This document shows positions 1 to 10,409 of a stretch of DNA of 64,000 nt, one piece after another; the first letter of the stretch is position 1, and every line of letters starts with the position of its first letter. A program made the translations under genes and the position numbers. The notes beneath the pieces are model-generated. The model was given only the letters and a program-made list of their open reading frames with translations. It was not told where the DNA came from and ran no database searches. The stretch comes from Gemmatimonadota bacterium (GTDB taxonomy: Bacteria; Latescibacterota; UBA2968; UBA8231). Location of the stretch: NCBI GenBank assembly GCA_038153405.1, contig JAYOYH010000010.1, positions 22,751 to 86,750 of the forward strand, given 5' to 3'.

Positions 1-1263
1 GAGCAATATGAGCAGGCCCTAGGAGCCGAACCCAACCACGCCGAAAGCAGGCATAACTTAGCCGTGCTGCGCGCCGATCAGGGCCGCCTTCCCGAGGCCA
101 TCGCCCTATTAGAGCAACTGCCCGACTACGTACCCGCGCTCAGCACACTCGCCCTCTTTTACGCCAAACAGGCGCAGTACGACCGGGCGACGACCGCGCT
201 CCAACGGGCTCTAGCGCTCGCACCACAGTCCTCTCAGCTCAACCGCCAATTGGGCTCACTGCTCATGCAGCAAGGCCTGTTTGCAGCGGCCGATGACCAA
301 TTGGGCAAGGCCTGGGCCCTCGATTCAACCGACGCTGAAACGGCGCGTATCATGGGGCAGCTCAGCGTGCGCATGGACCGCCCTCAGCGCGCAATCGACT
401 TTTTTCACCGCGCCCTTAACGCCCGCCCGCTACACGCCGAAACGCAGTACAATATGGCGACGGCGCTGGCCCAGTTCGGCCGGCGCGACGAAGCACAGAC
501 CTATATGCAGCGCTTTGAAGAGCTCGCCCAGCGCAGCGCCGAGATTGCCCAACTGCGGCGGTCACTCGATGATGCTCCAGACGATATCGCCCTCCACCTG
601 GCATTGGCGCACCACTACGCTGCCCTTCAGCAGCCGAACCGCGCCCGCGACTACTACCGCGCCGTTCTTCTGATCGACTCGCTGCACTTAGAAACCCTTG
701 TGCGTCTTTCGAGCCTATTACTGCGACAGGGCGAGCGGTCCGAAAGCCTAGCGCTGTGTCAGCGCGGCATCGAAGCGCATGGAGACGGTCCAGAAACGAG
801 CCCTCTGCACTTTACCACTGGCTACATCCACTACTTGGAAAAGCGTTACCCTGAGGCTGAAACGGCCTTTTCGCGCTCGCTTTCACTCGACGCCCAGCAA
901 GCCGAAGCGTGGAACAATCTCGGCAACGTACAGCAGCTACGAGGCGACATCGCAGCGGCACAGAGCTCGTTTACAAAAGCCATTGCCGCCGATTCCCTGT
1001 TAATTGATGGGCACTTTAATCTGGCCATCACCTATCAACGCCAGAAGGCCTGGCTCTCGGCCCACCGATCTTTTAGCAGGGCTCTGGAGATTAACCCTCG
1101 CTATGCACAGGCCTATTACGGCTTGGCCACCGTCTGTGAAGCAATGGACTCCACCGCCGCGGCTCTGCGCGCCTATCGCAAGTTTCTCGACTACAACCCA
1201 GTCGATGCAGCGTGGCGCGCACGCGCTCAACAGCGCCTAGCACAGCTCGAGTCCCAGCTCTAA
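1..1263 (+). CDS. Tetratricopeptide-repeat protein, 5' end truncated by the window edge. The reading frame is open from nt 1; the ORF tool's GTG at 64 is internal.
   Basis: In-frame translation from nt 1 (EQYEQALGAEPNHAESRHNLAVLRADQ...) continues the 399-aa ORF. It is made of repeated A/L/Y-rich 34-aa TPR-like units. The stop is at 1261-1263. Confidence 0.7.
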   Translation, partial: EQYEQALGAEPNHAESRHNLAVLRADQGRLPEAIALLEQLPDYVPALSTLALFYAKQAQYDRATTALQRALALAPQSSQLNRQLGSLLMQQGLFAAADDQLGKAWALDSTDAETARIMGQLSVRMDRPQRAIDFFHRALNARPLHAETQYNMATALAQFGRRDEAQTYMQRFEELAQRSAEIAQLRRSLDDAPDDIALHLALAHHYAALQQPNRARDYYRAVLLIDSLHLETLVRLSSLLLRQGERSESLALCQRGIEAHGDGPETSPLHFTTGYIHYLEKRYPEAETAFSRSLSLDAQQAEAWNNLGNVQQLRGDIAAAQSSFTKAIAADSLLIDGHFNLAITYQRQKAWLSAHRSFSRALEINPRYAQAYYGLATVCEAMDSTAAALRAYRKFLDYNPVDAAWRARAQQRLAQLESQL

Positions 1264-2997
1264 ATGCGCATCCAATCACTCATCGCGTCGCTGCTGCTCT
1301 ACATGGGCTGCGGCGAACCACCCACCGACTCAATGCACCCAGTGGATACCGTTGCGTCGATTACCGAGCGCCAATCGGTGTATTTTGTAGATGTGGCAGC
1401 CGACGTCGGCCTCGTCTGGCAGCACGACAACGGCGTCAGTCCCAACAAATTCTTTCCAGAAACGATGAGCGGAGGAGGGGCTTTCTTCGACTACGACGGC
1501 GATGGCGACCTCGACGTGTACGCCATCAACGGTGGAGCGTTAGAAGGCGAACAAACAGCTCGCCCGCCCAATGCGCTCTTCCGCAACGACGGCGGTCTTT
1601 TTACCGCCGTCGACCATGCCGCCGGCGCGGACGACCGGGGCTACGGCATGGGAACGGCGGCCGGCGATATCGAGGGCGACGGCGATCTCGACCTCTATAT
1701 CACCAACTTTGGCTCCAACGTCTTGCTGCGCAATGATGGTGGCCTTTTTGCCGATATAAGCCATGGCAGCGCTACCGATGATTCGCTGTGGGGCAGCAGC
1801 TGCGCTTTTGCCGACTACGACCGCGATGGCGATCTCGACCTCTATGTCGCCAATTACGTGCGCTATGCCCTGAGCGATGCCGCACGAGACAATGCGCCCT
1901 ATATGTCAAACTACGATTCCTACGAAGGCAATGTGCAAAAGGGCTATCCCCATCCGGCCAACTTCCCCGGTTCACCCGATCGCCTCTATCGCAATGACGG
2001 CACGGGACATTTCAGCGAAGTGGCTCAACAGGCCGGTATCTTCGACGAGGGAGGCAAGGGACTCGGCGTAGTATTTGCAGACTACGACGTCGACGGCTGG
2101 CCCGACATCTACGTCGCCAACGACGCCGTGCGCAATTTTCTCTACCGCAATGCGCAGGACGGCACTTTTGTCGAAGGGGCCTCTCTATCGGGTGTGGCCT
2201 ACGGACAGGATGGACAGATGGAAGCGGGCATGGGCGTCGATTGGGGTGATTACGACGGCGATGGCCTGCTCGATCTAACAGTGACCAATTTTCAGGCCGA
2301 ACCCAACGCTCTTTATCGCAACGAAGGAAACCAGTTTTTTTCCATCGCGAGCTTTACTTCGGGCACCGGCATGGTAACGCTCCCCTACCTGGGCTTTGGC
2401 ACGCAATTTATCGACTACGACCACGACGGCGACCTCGATTTGTTCACCGCCAACGGACACGTCTTAGACAACGTAGAAGACGTCGACCAATCGACCCAGT
2501 ATGCTCAGCGCAACCTGCTTTTCCGCAACGACGGCGCGGCGACGGGGCCTGTGCGCTTCAGCGAAGTGGGGCTGCAGGTGGGCCTGAATAGCGAACGCGT
2601 CAGCCGCGGATCGGCCAGTGGCGACTACGACGACGACGGCGATGTAGATCTATTGGTGTTCAACGTGGGACAAGAGCTCAACTTATTCCGCAACGATAGC
2701 AGCGCGACCGATAAGCACTGGCTGTGGGTTGAGTTACAGGGTAAGGGCGCCAACCGGCACGGCATTGGCGCGCGCCTTACGCTATCGGTCGGCGGCATCG
2801 AGCAGGTGCGCGAAGTGCGCGGCAGCCGTTCGTACCTATCGCAGAGCGATTTAAAAGTGCATTTCGGTTTGGGAACACAGCCCTCTGCCGAATGGCTGGA
2901 CGTGCACTGGCCCTCGGGCATAAAAGAGCGCTTTCAACAGGTAGCCGGCCGCCAAGTCGCGCGCATAGCAGAGGGTTCCGGGCAGCCGCTGCCCTAG
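1264..2997 (+). CDS. FG-GAP repeat / ASPIC-UnbV (CRTAC1-family) lipoprotein
   Basis: 577 aa. The N-terminus LLLYMGC resembles a lipobox. There are many repeats of the DYD(G/R)DGDLDLY type (FG-GAP/VCBS-like). The C-terminal block (HWLWVELQGKGANRHGIGARLTL...) is typical of the ASPIC/UnbV domain. The ATG directly follows the stop of the upstream TPR gene. Confidence 0.7.
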   Translation: MRIQSLIASLLLYMGCGEPPTDSMHPVDTVASITERQSVYFVDVAADVGLVWQHDNGVSPNKFFPETMSGGGAFFDYDGDGDLDVYAINGGALEGEQTARPPNALFRNDGGLFTAVDHAAGADDRGYGMGTAAGDIEGDGDLDLYITNFGSNVLLRNDGGLFADISHGSATDDSLWGSSCAFADYDRDGDLDLYVANYVRYALSDAARDNAPYMSNYDSYEGNVQKGYPHPANFPGSPDRLYRNDGTGHFSEVAQQAGIFDEGGKGLGVVFADYDVDGWPDIYVANDAVRNFLYRNAQDGTFVEGASLSGVAYGQDGQMEAGMGVDWGDYDGDGLLDLTVTNFQAEPNALYRNEGNQFFSIASFTSGTGMVTLPYLGFGTQFIDYDHDGDLDLFTANGHVLDNVEDVDQSTQYAQRNLLFRNDGAATGPVRFSEVGLQVGLNSERVSRGSASGDYDDDGDVDLLVFNVGQELNLFRNDSSATDKHWLWVELQGKGANRHGIGARLTLSVGGIEQVREVRGSRSYLSQSDLKVHFGLGTQPSAEWLDVHWPSGIKERFQQVAGRQVARIAEGSGQPLP

Positions 2998-5018
2998 CGG
3001 TGCACGGCCAACTGCGCGAGTAGGAAGCGTCCGTATTCTGCCTGGCCCAGCTCACCCGTCACTGCACGCACGTGGCGTTCGGCATCGGCAGCGCGCCCCT
3101 GTTCGGGTAGCTTTTCGCATAGGATGGCCAGCAGATCGTAGAAGAATAGCCGGCGCACTTGGGCATCTTCAAGCGATTTTTCCAGCAGTTCCACGCCATC
3201 TTCTCCCAACAAGTAGTGCGCATATCCGGCAAAGAACGCGGCCAACCCCGGCGAGAAGCCGGCGCTGTGCGCCAACAGCGATAGGCGTTCCTGCATGGCT
3301 CGTATAGCGAGCCTTTCGCTTTCGCTTAGCCCACCAGATAGCGCCTGACGACTGCGCCCCCAGCGCAGGGTAGCCCACATATCGCCCCACGGGGTAAACG
3401 GCTCCTCCAAGCTAGCCGCGCGATAGTACTGCGCAGCGCGCTCGACGTCGCGGTTGGCAAAGAGCTGATCGGCGGCATTGAGAGCGAGGATTGCCGGCCC
3501 CTTGCCCTGGCGCCAGCGCTGGTAGGCGCTCTGTTCCGCCGGACTTAATGTGCCCCACAGCGCATCAGCCCGCTCCGCTAACTCGCCAGCGTGCCGCTCG
3601 TTGCCCAGACTCATGGGCTCCTCGCTGAGCAAGATATGCATGTCGTGCAATACGGCCAGCTGCTCTAACGGCAAATCACCTTGGAGTGTGCGGTAGACGC
3701 TATCGGCCCGCCCAACCGCTGCGCTGGCCGCGTCGCCGGCCACCATGCCAACGAGCGCTTCTGCCACGCCGCGCGCCAGCAAGACCTGTCCCCGGGACGT
3801 GGGATGCACGTGATCGGCCATCAGCTCCCACCCCACCCCTGCAGCTGGGCTGCGCTCGGCAAAGAGGACCTCGCTATCGACCAGCACAACATCCCGCGCG
3901 CGCGCCGTTGTGCGAATGGCTTCGTTCAGCGCGCTGCTGGCGCGCCAGGGCGTAGGATCCATATCGCGTGCCGCCCTATAAGCGCGCCGTGCCTGCTGGC
4001 CGCGCCCAAGAGCCTCCAAGCAGCGGCCGCGATTAAAGTGTGCCCATGCGCTATAGGGCGCCTGCTGCAGGGCGTCGTCAAAAGCCTCCAACGCCGCGGC
4101 AAAACGCCCCGCCGCGTAGGCCTCGACGCCACCTGCTGTCAGCGCCAGCCAAACGCTGAGCGCCTCGCCATCCATGGGCGGCTCGGCATAGGTCGGAGCA
4201 AACCCCCGCTCATTGCTTGCCACGGTGCACAGAACGAGCTGCACGCCATTTTCTTTACACGTCTGAGCTAGGGCGCTTAGGTTGGCGCGGATATTCTCTT
4301 CCGCGGCGTTGCGCCGTGTATCATCGGCCTCTACGTTGCCCGCGGCGGACATGACGCGCAGCAGCGAGGTCGGAGGGGAACTGCCTTCGGCGTTGAGAAG
4401 AGATAGCGCCTGTCGCACAAGCGAAGTCAGCCCCCACTGCATCAGACCGTAGTGCAGTTCTTTCATCCATATCGACGAACCGCCCTGGCTAAGCGAAGCC
4501 GACCCATAGACTCCGTATATTTCGTTGTGTCCGCTGTAGACGACCACGACGTCGGGCTCTAGTTCCATCGCGTCTTCTACAGCACGGGCAACGGCAAAGC
4601 TGGATATAGCCGTGATGCCCATGTTAAAGACCTCGACTGAACGGCCGGGCATGGCCTCCGCGAGCATCGTTTGCACATAGGAAGAAACCGAGAGTCGCCG
4701 GGGATGGGGATATCCCTGCACGGTTGATCCGCCGACGAGTATCACTCGCAGCGCATCGGCGGGGCGCGGTTCGACAAAGGGATGGGGCGTCATGCGCATA
4801 CCGGCCACAGACACCCCCGAAAAAAAGCGCCGCGCATATTCTGGATTTATCGCGTACAGGAATTTCTCTTCAACGCGCGCCAGTTCGACTACCAGCCGCG
4901 GCGCGCGAAAATCAAAGACAAAGCGCAGGCACAGTTCCAACCCTATAACCAGAAAGAACCCCAGCGCCAGCGCGGCGGCTACACCGCCCCACCGCCCAAT
5001 ACCTTGCACCTGCAGCAT
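2994..5018 (-). CDS. Membrane-anchored SGNH/GDSL-like hydrolase fused to TPR repeats
   Basis: 674 aa. There is an N-terminal TM helix. The VILVGGSTVQG...VVVYSGHNE block resembles SGNH hydrolase blocks I and III. TPR-like helices follow (AYAAGRFAAALEAFDDALQQAPYSAWAHFNRGRCLEALG...). Confidence 0.5.
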   Translation of the reverse strand: MLQVQGIGRWGGVAAALALGFFLVIGLELCLRFVFDFRAPRLVVELARVEEKFLYAINPEYARRFFSGVSVAGMRMTPHPFVEPRPADALRVILVGGSTVQGYPHPRRLSVSSYVQTMLAEAMPGRSVEVFNMGITAISSFAVARAVEDAMELEPDVVVVYSGHNEIYGVYGSASLSQGGSSIWMKELHYGLMQWGLTSLVRQALSLLNAEGSSPPTSLLRVMSAAGNVEADDTRRNAAEENIRANLSALAQTCKENGVQLVLCTVASNERGFAPTYAEPPMDGEALSVWLALTAGGVEAYAAGRFAAALEAFDDALQQAPYSAWAHFNRGRCLEALGRGQQARRAYRAARDMDPTPWRASSALNEAIRTTARARDVVLVDSEVLFAERSPAAGVGWELMADHVHPTSRGQVLLARGVAEALVGMVAGDAASAAVGRADSVYRTLQGDLPLEQLAVLHDMHILLSEEPMSLGNERHAGELAERADALWGTLSPAEQSAYQRWRQGKGPAILALNAADQLFANRDVERAAQYYRAASLEEPFTPWGDMWATLRWGRSRQALSGGLSESERLAIRAMQERLSLLAHSAGFSPGLAAFFAGYAHYLLGEDGVELLEKSLEDAQVRRLFFYDLLAILCEKLPEQGRAADAERHVRAVTGELGQAEYGRFLLAQLAVHR

Positions 5019-5034
5019 GCCCTAGTGCACCGCT

Positions 5035-6705
5035 TCAACGACTTTCCGCATAGCGCGCAAGAGCCTCTTCATTCCACTGTGTCTGGTCTTTATAAGCCAA
5101 GCGCAGCGAGTCGAGATACGCGGCAAATAGCTTGGCCTCTTCTTGCTCTCGCAGCTTAACGCGGATGGGACGCTGCACCTGCTTAAAGGGAATAGCTTCC
5201 TTTAATATGGGTCGATTGAGGCGAAAAACGCTAAAGCGATCTTGGACTTCCAATGGTCCGTGCACAATACCTACGTCTTTTTCGTTGCTGTCGCCCAAAA
5301 ACGTTCGGTACGGCGACTGATACAGCGATGCAATCTCTAACCGGCCGCTGTCGGAAAAGGCATGACCGCCCAACTCCTCCATACCCGGCCGCACGGAAAG
5401 GCGCCCGGCCAGCGACTCCAGCGATTCTCCGCCGCGGGCGAGCTCGACGACCTCCTCCGCTTCGCTCCGAGTCTCGACCAGCACCTCGGTAAGGTGAATA
5501 ACGCCGGGCAGCTTCTTATACGTGTCGAGATATTCCTCGTAATAGGCTTCGACGCGTTCGTCGGCAATTGCCACTTTATCTGCGATCTGATCTAGGCGCA
5601 GCTGATTAATCATAAGTGCTCTGCGGCGCTGCTGGCGGAACGCAACGATATCGCTATCGGCACCTCGGTTTTGTCTGCGCGCCTCTAAGACCATGAGCGA
5701 ATCGGGCAGAATCCACCGCTCGATTTCATCGAATACTGCAGTGCTATCGGGCGGTAGGGCCCCCTTTTTCAGGTCGCGAATTCCGCGCACGGCATCGCCG
5801 ACCAAAATGCGCCCTCCCCGATAGCTAATTAATTCTCGCGCGGCCGATTCCGGAGTTAGCCCCTTGCGAAAAAGCCCGTTGAGCACATCGTGTACGCGCT
5901 CTCGCTCGTAGCGTATATCGCGCAATGTGGCGAGCGAATCGACGACGACTTCACGTCGCTCTGCCCATTTAACTTTGCTCATCCTATTGGCAATATTGTC
6001 GCGAACGGCCGCAAAGCCTTTGCGTCGCTTTTCTATAATCTTTACAATTTCCCAGCCGTCCTTCGTGCGAATAGGCTCGCTAAACTCGCCCTCTTCCAAG
6101 AAGAAGGTGGCCTCGCGCAGTGCAGGAACGACATCTCCCTGCCCAAAGAACGCCCCCAAATTGCCGCCCGTTATGGCATCATCGGCACGCGAATATTCCT
6201 TGGCCACTTCGGAGAAAGGGCGGCCTTTGCGCAGCTCCTCAATAACGACGCGCGCATCTTCTTCGCTCTTTGAGAGAATGTGCGCCGGCCACACCTCCCA
6301 GCCTAAATCAAAGCTTTCATAGGCCTCGCGCAGTTCGGCCTCGTCTATGCGCAGCTGGCGATCCACCAATTCGATAGACACCTTCTGAGCCAAACGCTTG
6401 TTGGTTTCCACATCCAACACATGCTCCAATTCGGGCAGCACCCCGATGCCTTTTTTCGCCGCTTCCAAGAGCATAATTTCTCGGTCGACCAAGTCCTGCG
6501 CATACTGTCGCAATGCACTTACATCTTCTTTTTCGGCACGTAGATGGTTAGGTAAACTGGCGATAAAAGCCGATACTTCGCCGGCATCGATATCAACGTC
6601 TCCGACCTGAACAATACTGGAGTCCGGGACGCCTATCTTTTTTTGATCGGCACAGCCGCCCACAGCCAGCGCGGCAACCAAACCCGCCCATGCGTAACGA
6701 ATCAT
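5035..6705 (-). CDS. PpiC/parvulin-type peptidyl-prolyl cis-trans isomerase lipoprotein (SurA/PpiD-like)
   Basis: 556 aa. Lipobox LAVGGC. The parvulin block is HILSKSEEDARVVIEELRKGRPFSEVAKEYS...GGNLGAFFGQGDVVPALREATFF...DGWEIVKII. A long SurA_N-like N-terminal region precedes it. Confidence 0.75.
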   Translation of the reverse strand: MIRYAWAGLVAALAVGGCADQKKIGVPDSSIVQVGDVDIDAGEVSAFIASLPNHLRAEKEDVSALRQYAQDLVDREIMLLEAAKKGIGVLPELEHVLDVETNKRLAQKVSIELVDRQLRIDEAELREAYESFDLGWEVWPAHILSKSEEDARVVIEELRKGRPFSEVAKEYSRADDAITGGNLGAFFGQGDVVPALREATFFLEEGEFSEPIRTKDGWEIVKIIEKRRKGFAAVRDNIANRMSKVKWAERREVVVDSLATLRDIRYERERVHDVLNGLFRKGLTPESAARELISYRGGRILVGDAVRGIRDLKKGALPPDSTAVFDEIERWILPDSLMVLEARRQNRGADSDIVAFRQQRRRALMINQLRLDQIADKVAIADERVEAYYEEYLDTYKKLPGVIHLTEVLVETRSEAEEVVELARGGESLESLAGRLSVRPGMEELGGHAFSDSGRLEIASLYQSPYRTFLGDSNEKDVGIVHGPLEVQDRFSVFRLNRPILKEAIPFKQVQRPIRVKLREQEEAKLFAAYLDSLRLAYKDQTQWNEEALARYAESR

Positions 6706-6819
6706 CTACTATGTTCTCCTCTGCAATACTTGTAACACAAAGCGACGCGACACCGCCAAAGCGATGCCGCGTCCGAATATGAACAGCTTGAAAACCGTAT
6801 AACTAGCTATTGTGCGCGC

Positions 6820-7584
6820 TCAGGGGCTGGTATTGGCTACTCTGCGCCCGTCGGGATATACCCGCCCAATTTCGCGCTGAAAGAGCATCTCCACGTCGGT
6901 GGTCTCTACCGGGTCGCCTTTGTAGTCAAAGCGCACGACAATATCGTCAATGTGCACCGTCAATAGGTCGACATCGCTAGCCAACGGTTCAAATACGATA
7001 TAGCCCTCGCTCTCCTGGGCAGAAAAAATCTGCTCGTCTTGATACATCGTCCTGCGCAGAATGCCATCGCGTTCCTTCCAGACAATAAACGAATTGCCGG
7101 GTATGCCCGGCGAATCGCCTCCACTGCCGCCACCGGCGTAGCGGCGATAGTAAATGGATAGCTGGTCTCTGGTCAACGCATAGTATTTGCGGCCGTTTGA
7201 CGTCGTGATATACACCTTCTGCGGATCGAGGTAGACCTTGGGATACTCGTAATTGGACACGTTGAGGCGAAAAATCGTCCACCGTTTGGGCGTATCCCCG
7301 GTGTCAAAATACTCCGAGTTGCCAAAGGTATACGGGTTGCGGGACTCGGCCCCGTCGTTGGAATAAGCGCTGAACTGGCGATTGAGTTCTTCGTCAGTCA
7401 TCGGCCGCAGGGTGATGGCCAGGCGCGCCTGGTTATAGGTAACGCTGCCATCGTCGGCAACTTCTTTGTCCTCGCCCTGCTCCGCTTCGCTCAGCGGCTG
7501 CAAATCATCTGCATAGTATCGATATGAACAACCCGTCCATCCGACGGCTGCGGCGAAGAAGAGCAGGTAACAGATTTTCAACAT
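6820..7584 (-). CDS. Hypothetical lipoprotein (254 aa)
   Basis: N-terminus MLKICYLLFFAAAVGWTGC (lipobox). The gene starts 10 nt after the stop of the upstream 917-aa OMP gene, so the two are translationally coupled. It has no recognisable catalytic motif. Confidence 0.55.
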   Translation of the reverse strand: MLKICYLLFFAAAVGWTGCSYRYYADDLQPLSEAEQGEDKEVADDGSVTYNQARLAITLRPMTDEELNRQFSAYSNDGAESRNPYTFGNSEYFDTGDTPKRWTIFRLNVSNYEYPKVYLDPQKVYITTSNGRKYYALTRDQLSIYYRRYAGGGSGGDSPGIPGNSFIVWKERDGILRRTMYQDEQIFSAQESEGYIVFEPLASDVDLLTVHIDDIVVRFDYKGDPVETTDVEMLFQREIGRVYPDGRRVANTSP

Positions 7585-7594
7585 GGCTCTCTCC

Positions 7595-10348
7595 TTATTC
7601 CAGACCAGCGTAAACCGTTACGAACATCGCCGTCTCGGTTCGCGCTTTATCAGCCGATGCACGGTCGATTCGCGCGATGCGGAAACCCGCCTGCGTCCAC
7701 AAATTATACCCTTGGTAGTCGACGTTATTAGTGAACTGCAGCGCGTATACGAGCTCGTTGCGATCGGAGCGCAGCAGGTTGTCCTCGAGTTGTTTTCTAT
7801 ACTGCTCGACGAACAAGTACTCAACGCCGGTCTGCAGCTCTGTGCGAGAGAGGATCGGCACGCGCGCAATCAGCGAAAATAGCTCGCGCAATTCCGTCGT
7901 CGCTACGCGGACCTGAGAATCTTCTCTCTCGGCGGGACGCTGGCGCTGAAACTCGCTCTTCCAGCGCGGCTGGAACTTGACAATGCCGACGTCAAACGTG
8001 TAGTCCAGCTTGTTGAGTATGCCAAGGAACGACGCCGATTCGCGTATATCTTGCTGCTCGACCGGACGCTGATCGTAGTCGATCTGGTTTACTACCTCCC
8101 ACTTTACGCGATTCTTGAACTGCAATCGATCGCTGGTATACTGATAGCCAAAGTAGAAGGTGTTGGCCCACGCATCGCGAAACGGCAGCGGATCGGTGTA
8201 GGGAACGAAAGCGCCACGCGACCCCTCGCGGACGATCCACTCAATCATATCATCGCGAATATCGTCCTGCACGCGGCGCAGGTTATTAAAGACCTGCACG
8301 CGGCCCCGGCGCGAAAAATCGCGATCGTAGGTCAGCATTAGGTAATTGCTGACGTTGGAGCGATCGTCCGCCAGCTGGCGCTCGTCGAGGCGTCCAACGG
8401 TCAGACGGGCCTCGGGACCCAACTGCGTGCCGATATAGGCGTTGTAGCCGCGGCGATCCCGCTTGTAGAGATAGTCCGGCAAATTGTCGTTTTCAAAGCG
8501 ATCGACAATGCCGTTGTTGTTCATATCCACACCGAAGAGAAATTCCGGCCGATCGGACGCATAGCGCAAGAAGGGCTCCTCGTAGTCGGGCATCGTATTT
8601 TCCCGGACATCCGAGTCGTTCTGGTTGAAGTCGTTTACAAAGTCGTTGTTCTCGTCGTAGCCCGGAAAGATACGCGTATCCTGCGAAAAGTTAGAGCGCA
8701 GCCAGTCGGGATTGCGGTCTTGGTCGTCATTGTCGTCGACGAACTCGTATACAAAGCGCGTATTGTCGTCGTAGTTGATATCGGCGGCGTCATTCTGCGT
8801 TCCCGCCAGGTACGCGCTGGTACTGTAGTCGGGATCTACGTTGTAGACTTCGCCAAAGGCGTAGTAGGGATAGGCGCGCTTGTAGACGTTGACGAACCAG
8901 GCGTCGGCCTGATTGTTGAAGGCGCGATGCTGGGTCACATCGCTTTCCGAACGGCGCGGATAGCGGAAGTGCTGGCGGTTGCGGTCCCATTCGCCGGAGA
9001 GATAAAAACCGCCGACATCGCTCACGTCGATGGTCACGCCAAAAATCTCGTTGGCAACCGGCAGGCCGTAGTTGACCCGTACGAACTGCTGGTTCGAACC
9101 GTCCTTGACGTTGCCGTCTGCACGCACGGTGCGCTCGGGGATGCCTTCGGACAGCAGCACCGGCTGGCCGTTTGAGTTGAGCTGGCGGTTTGAGGTGACG
9201 TCGATTCGATAATCATTGGCCAGCAGTAACTGGAACTCTATGCTCTTAATCTGCTCGGGCTGTGGACCGAATGAGTTGCGATATTCCGGCCCCTCGAGGT
9301 CGTAGACCAGGACGATGACCTCGTTGCCGTCGGCAGAGAGAAAACCCTCGCGGCGGAAGCCGCCCTGCACAGACGGATGAAAGTCGAGGATGTTGTTATC
9401 GCCCAAGCGGCGGCGGTTGCTGATCTTGCCGCCGTCGATCGTCGTTATGATCATCTCCTCCTGAAAGTAGGCCGCACCCGCCTGGCCGTCCTCCGGCGAG
9501 TCATCGCTCAGGCGCACCTCAATGCGCGAGACGTCGGCGTTGTTCTGCCCTTCCGTCAGGGTGCCACCAAAGGGATTGCCCTGAAAGGCCTGCCCCTTCG
9601 TTTGTGCGTTAAACGCGCTCAAATAGGTCGCACCGAGCTTTACAAAATCACCGATCTGCACGGTTCCTCGCCCACCGACTAAGTTGGTGTCGTTGGAGCG
9701 CTCGCGCCCACCGCCGGTAGTGTTTCCCGTCGTGCTACCCGTGGCACCCGGTGAAGATGGACGAGAAGCGATAAACGTCGCCTCGTATTTATCCGTAGCC
9801 AAGTCCAACTGGATGCCTGCAAACGTCGGCTTGGAAAAGGTCATCGGCGTCAGCGTTGTGCGGATGCGATCGCCAATGGTCAGCGCGTAGGCATACTGGC
9901 CTTTCTGATCGGAGGCAATGACCACGCCGGAAAACCAGCTGGTGAAGTTCGTAGTCTTGAACAGGTTGCTACCGGCCGTCTGCGGAGCAGAAATACGCCA
10001 GTCGTAAATGAGCTGTCCGCGCGTTATGTAGTTGCCGTACAGATCATAGAAGTAGAACCCTTCCTGCGTCGTGTTCACATACCGTTCATACTTGCGACGG
10101 GCGTAGTTGGTGTAGTCCTGCTGACGCCACTGGTACTCGTTGAAGAGCTCCTGCGGCACATACCACTTCTTCACCGCTGGATCCAACGCGTCAAACAACA
10201 CACCCGAACCGTTCGGCTCATAGAATAGCTCGCCCCCGCGCCGGACGCCCAAACGCGAGCCAAAGTCTTCTTGTGCGAGCGCCGCATTGGCTTCTACTAA
10301 CAGAACAGCAGCTGCTACAAACAGAAAAATACGTTTAGCGTTGTTCAC
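7595..10348 (-). CDS. Large secreted outer-membrane protein of unknown family (917 aa), putative beta-barrel
   Basis: GTG start with signal peptide MNNAKRIFLFVAAAVLLVEANAALA. Alternating Y/F/W-rich amphipathic beta-strand segments run through the sequence. A D/N-rich low-complexity insert is present (DDNDDQDRNPDW...NDFVNDFNQNDSD). It is the third gene of a same-strand operon. Confidence 0.55.
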   Translation of the reverse strand: MNNAKRIFLFVAAAVLLVEANAALAQEDFGSRLGVRRGGELFYEPNGSGVLFDALDPAVKKWYVPQELFNEYQWRQQDYTNYARRKYERYVNTTQEGFYFYDLYGNYITRGQLIYDWRISAPQTAGSNLFKTTNFTSWFSGVVIASDQKGQYAYALTIGDRIRTTLTPMTFSKPTFAGIQLDLATDKYEATFIASRPSSPGATGSTTGNTTGGGRERSNDTNLVGGRGTVQIGDFVKLGATYLSAFNAQTKGQAFQGNPFGGTLTEGQNNADVSRIEVRLSDDSPEDGQAGAAYFQEEMIITTIDGGKISNRRRLGDNNILDFHPSVQGGFRREGFLSADGNEVIVLVYDLEGPEYRNSFGPQPEQIKSIEFQLLLANDYRIDVTSNRQLNSNGQPVLLSEGIPERTVRADGNVKDGSNQQFVRVNYGLPVANEIFGVTIDVSDVGGFYLSGEWDRNRQHFRYPRRSESDVTQHRAFNNQADAWFVNVYKRAYPYYAFGEVYNVDPDYSTSAYLAGTQNDAADINYDDNTRFVYEFVDDNDDQDRNPDWLRSNFSQDTRIFPGYDENNDFVNDFNQNDSDVRENTMPDYEEPFLRYASDRPEFLFGVDMNNNGIVDRFENDNLPDYLYKRDRRGYNAYIGTQLGPEARLTVGRLDERQLADDRSNVSNYLMLTYDRDFSRRGRVQVFNNLRRVQDDIRDDMIEWIVREGSRGAFVPYTDPLPFRDAWANTFYFGYQYTSDRLQFKNRVKWEVVNQIDYDQRPVEQQDIRESASFLGILNKLDYTFDVGIVKFQPRWKSEFQRQRPAEREDSQVRVATTELRELFSLIARVPILSRTELQTGVEYLFVEQYRKQLEDNLLRSDRNELVYALQFTNNVDYQGYNLWTQAGFRIARIDRASADKARTETAMFVTVYAGLE

Positions 10349-10409
10349 GAAAACCCTCCCTTATTCACCAGCATTTGTCTGACAATCTATTCCAAATGCT
10401 CGAAGTACG

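Noticed and set aside
1212-1736. 174-aa Arg-rich ORF spanning the TPR/FG-GAP junction (and many similar R/P/A-rich ORFs throughout, e.g. 19613..20095, 27923..28246)
   Set aside because: These are arginine/proline-rich translations of alternative frames of GC-rich coding sequence. There is no RBS and no independent support.
8720-9175. 151-aa plus-strand ORF inside the 917-aa OMP gene (similar cases at 11706..12326, 12360..12923, 15547..16122, 41510..42091, 54104..54775, 31155..31739, 37943..38614)
   Set aside because: Long antisense or out-of-frame ORFs are expected by chance in high-GC DNA, which has few stop codons. All lie entirely within better-supported genes and show low-complexity V/G/A/R-rich translations.
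7595-10348. Calling the 917-aa OMP LptD outright
   Set aside because: The OMP-lipoprotein-SurA order resembles lptD-lptE-surA, and there is a D/N-rich stretch reminiscent of LptD. I could not recognise the OstA N-domain motifs or the LptD C-terminus by eye. The operon also starts with T9SS cargo genes. It is kept as a hypothesis inside the finding, not as the call.
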